Below, one piece after another: positions 61,268 to 64,000 of a stretch of DNA of 64,000 nucleotides. Below the pieces are notes generated by a model. It ran no database searches. It worked only from the letters and a program-made list of their open reading frames with translations, and had not been told where the DNA came from. Numbering within the stretch: position 1 is the first letter of the stretch; each line of letters opens with the position of its first letter. A program made the translations under genes and the position numbers. This stretch comes from Thermoanaerobaculia bacterium. Lineage in GTDB: Bacteria > Acidobacteriota > Thermoanaerobaculia > UBA5066. Location of the stretch: contig CAWFJJ010000028.1 in the NCBI GenBank assembly GCA_963816185.1, forward strand, positions 192,001-256,000. The letters are read 5' to 3'.

Positions 61268-62371
61268 TCACTTTGCCGCCGGCGCGGCCACGAGGATTTC
61301 GAAGCTGCCGGCCACGATCGGTCTGCGCGAGCGCGGATTCCCGGACGTCGGCGGCGGGGGAGGCCCGAAATGCGCGGTCGCGAGGAAGATCGCGTGCGTC
61401 TTCGGGTCGAGGGCCATCGTCCGCGCTCCTTCCTTCGTCGTGAGGTTCTGGACGACGCGAAACGCGTCGGGCGAGTCCTCGTGGATGACGGTCAGGGTGC
61501 CCTCTCCGTTCGAGCTGAAGACGAGGTTCGCGTCGGGATCGAAGGCCACGGCGTCCACCCCCCTGCCGATCGGCAGCTTCGCGACGGCGCGGCCGTCTCC
61601 CGTGCTGAGGACGACGAGGACCTTGTTTCCGCAGCCCGAGAAAAGGCGCTTGGCTTTGACGTCGATCGCGAGACCGGTCGGGGAATCGCAGCCCGCGAGA
61701 GGCCAGTGCGCTTCGACCTTCAGCGTGCGCGCGTCGAACGCGACGATCTCGTTCCTGTCCTCGATGTTCACGTAGACGCGGCCCGCGAGATCGGCGACCG
61801 CGAACTCGGGTTTCCCTCCGAGCGGAAACGTGCCGGCGACGGCGCCGGTCGCGCCCTCGAAAGCCGTGACGTTCGCGGTGCGGCCGTTGAACGTGAAGAC
61901 ACGGTGCGAGACGGGTTCATAGAGGATCGCGTCCGGGTTCTCGCCGGGCACCTTGACGGTCCCGAGCGTGGCCAGCGTCTTCGGATCGAAGATCGTGACC
62001 GTGTTCGCGCGGCCGTTGCTCGTGAAACCGCGGCCGAGATCCGGAGCCAGGGCGATGCCGTGCACGCCCTCCGTGTTCGGGATCTCGCCCTCCGGTGCGC
62101 CCGAATCGACGTTCAGGACGGCGACGTGCGTGCCCCTCGAGACGTAGAGCCGCCGGGCCGAAGAGTCGACGGTGAGGTAGTCCCAGCCGCCCTCTCCGCC
62201 CGCGGCGACCGTGCGCACCACGCGATACGAGGGGTCGGCGGCATTGGCGGCGGCCGCGAAAAAGAGGAAGAGGAAGAAGACGAAAAAGGAGAGATTCTTA
62301 GAAGGGAAGAGAAAGAGAGGGAATTTCTTAGAAAGGTGAGTACGGGCCCTCACGCGCTTCAGGGTCATCAT
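61268..62371 (-). CDS. YncE/YVTN-type beta-propeller protein, secreted
   Basis: GGWDYL, GVHGIA, GFTSNG, NPDAI, GKPEF, GARTMALD repeats. Signal peptide ends AAAANA. Confidence 0.85.
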   Translation of the reverse strand: MMTLKRVRARTHLSKKFPLFLFPSKNLSFFVFFLFLFFAAAANAADPSYRVVRTVAAGGEGGWDYLTVDSSARRLYVSRGTHVAVLNVDSGAPEGEIPNTEGVHGIALAPDLGRGFTSNGRANTVTIFDPKTLATLGTVKVPGENPDAILYEPVSHRVFTFNGRTANVTAFEGATGAVAGTFPLGGKPEFAVADLAGRVYVNIEDRNEIVAFDARTLKVEAHWPLAGCDSPTGLAIDVKAKRLFSGCGNKVLVVLSTGDGRAVAKLPIGRGVDAVAFDPDANLVFSSNGEGTLTVIHEDSPDAFRVVQNLTTKEGARTMALDPKTHAIFLATAHFGPPPPPTSGNPRSRRPIVAGSFEILVAAPAAK

Positions 62372-62422
62372 TTTCTTCTCCGCTCTTGTCCTGGACTCTT
62401 TACCTTCCAAGAAATCTTCTCT
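62291..62422. repeat. Paired element with duplicated left arm, overlapping the YncE start and signal peptide
   Basis: GAGATTCTTAGAAGGG (62291-62306), GAATTTCTTAGAAAGG (62321-62336), right arm CCTTCCAAGAAATCTTCTCT (62403-62422). Confidence 0.8.
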
Positions 62423-62449
62423 TACTCTTCTCTTCCCGGGGCGCGATTA

Positions 62450-64000
62450 TCAGCCCGTGAGTTTTCGGACGAAGGCGCGGCCGACGAACCGGAACTTGTC
62501 GCCGAGCGGAAACCTCTTGAGAACGGTCTTCACGACGCCCTGCGTGAACCGCGTCCGTTTTCCATAGTCGATCTTCACGTCCACGACGACGGGCCGGCCC
62601 GTGCCGGCGACACGCAGCGCCTCGCGAATGACTTCGTCGATACCCGCGTCGTGCGTCAACGGGATGAAAGCGGCACCGGTCGCTTGGGCGATGCCCTCGA
62701 GCCGGATCTCCCCGAGGACCGTGCAGGTCTTGCGGTTGTACGGAATCTCCTGGCCCTGCGAAATCTGCGAGAGCTCGCCGTCGTGGAACACGAAGAAGAC
62801 GACGCCCGCCTGGTGCGTCGTGGCCGTCACGATTTCGAGGCCCGTCATGAGGAACGCTCCGTCGCCCACGATCGCCACGACCTCCAGGTCGGGTTTGGCG
62901 ATCTTCGCTCCGATGGCGGCCGGGACCGCGTAGCCCATGCAGTTGAAGTCGGTCGGGCTCACGAAGCGGCGCGGCTTCGTGACGGGGAAGAGCTCGGCCG
63001 CGAGGAACGTGTGATTGCCGTCGTCGGCGACCAGGAGGGCGTCGTTTTCGAGATGGCCGCGCAACGACTCGAAGAAACGCGCGGGGTTGACCCGGTCGCT
63101 CTTGCGAGCAAGCCACTCCTCGCGGTAGGCCTCCTTGTCGGATCGGAGACGCATCTCGACTTGCCGGCGGCGCTCAGGGTTTTCGATGCTGCGCTCGACG
63201 AGACGGGCGAGAAGCCGTGGCACGACGGCGCGCGCATCGCCAGCAATCGCGACTTTGGCGGGGAAGTTCGCGCCGAGAACGGCCGGATCGATGTCCACGT
63301 GGATCAGGTCTCCGGGGACCTTGCAGCCGAAGCTTCCCGTCGGAATCTCGGCGAATCGTGTGCCGATCGCGAGCAGGCAGTCGCAACCCGCAAACGCGTT
63401 CTCGGCCGCGGGCACCGCCGCCCGCGAGAAGCCCATGCCCGCATGGAGGGGGTGCACCGCCGAGAACGCCGAAAGACCCTGAAGCGTCGTCGCGACGGGC
63501 GCCCCGAGGCGCTCGGCGATTCGGGCGATGTCGTCCGCGACGTCGACTGCGCCCCACCCGACGAACAGGCCGGGCGACCGCGCCTTTTCGAGGAGGTCGA
63601 TCGCCGCTTCGAGAAGACCCGCCTCGGGCGCGTGCGGCGGCGGCGGCGGCTCGAAGACGGGCAGTTCGTCGACGGTCTCCTGAAAGAGCTGGAGGTTCAC
63701 CGGGATCTCGACGAAAACGGGGCCGGGCACGCCCGACACGGCCATTCGATATGCCTCGTAGATCGCGGGCACGATCTCGGCGTGCGTCTTCGGGCGCCAA
63801 GTCCCTTTCGTCAGGTCCTTGAGGATCGCATGCTGGTCGAGCTCGTGGAGCTGGTAGCGGAAGGGGACGTCGCTGCGGATGCCGCCCGAGATCACGAGCA
63901 TGGGGATCCCGTCGAGGAAGGCCTCGCCGATGCCGCTCATGGCGTGCGTGATCCCCGCCGCCGGCACGATGACGAGCGTTCCGATCGCGCCGCCGCTCGT
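62450..64000 (-). CDS. Thiamine pyrophosphate-dependent enzyme (acetolactate synthase-like), start beyond window end
   Basis: PGPVFVEIP, IHVDIDP, MGYAVPAAIGA, VGDGAF TPP motif. Confidence 0.9.
   Translation of the reverse strand, partial: TSGGAIGTLVIVPAAGITHAMSGIGEAFLDGIPMLVISGGIRSDVPFRYQLHELDQHAILKDLTKGTWRPKTHAEIVPAIYEAYRMAVSGVPGPVFVEIPVNLQLFQETVDELPVFEPPPPPHAPEAGLLEAAIDLLEKARSPGLFVGWGAVDVADDIARIAERLGAPVATTLQGLSAFSAVHPLHAGMGFSRAAVPAAENAFAGCDCLLAIGTRFAEIPTGSFGCKVPGDLIHVDIDPAVLGANFPAKVAIAGDARAVVPRLLARLVERSIENPERRRQVEMRLRSDKEAYREEWLARKSDRVNPARFFESLRGHLENDALLVADDGNHTFLAAELFPVTKPRRFVSPTDFNCMGYAVPAAIGAKIAKPDLEVVAIVGDGAFLMTGLEIVTATTHQAGVVFFVFHDGELSQISQGQEIPYNRKTCTVLGEIRLEGIAQATGAAFIPLTHDAGIDEVIREALRVAGTGRPVVVDVKIDYGKRTRFTQGVVKTVLKRFPLGDKFRFVGRAFVRKLTG

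Overview
This is a high-GC (roughly 70% by eye) bacterial chromosome segment. Gene content and order suggest Acidobacteriota, possibly Thermoanaerobaculia-like (inference). It is mostly core genome: GH1, Ppx/GppA, tRNA-Glu and tRNA-Lys, purA, hutH, hutU, an ArsA/phasin/PhaR/patatin/acyltransferase lipid-inclusion-type cluster, an NtrY-like kinase, tsaB-rimI-pssA-asd-like, a frameshifted mutS, nagZ-like, ssb, murJ, HU, a leucine catabolism (liu) operon, a RomR-like regulator, valS-birA-rlmD-comEC-miaA-hfq, crp, a pgsA-like gene and a probable 6S-like ncRNA. No CRISPR array, integrase or transposase was seen. The most unusual signal is a dispersed AT-rich motif, (purine tract)-GATTTCTTAGAARG, which usually occurs as convergent pairs 45-160 bp apart (right arm CYTTCTAAGAAATC-pyrimidine tract). 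About 10 such loci lie both between genes and inside protein-coding genes. In the coding copies checked, the canonical TTCTTAGAA core is kept where the reading frame tolerates it and is changed (TCG/GAA/TCA) where it would create an in-frame stop. Some copies coincide with in-frame peptide insertions, a gene-fusion linker, a stop codon and a signal peptide. This points to an undescribed selected DNA-site system or a coding-invasive repeat.
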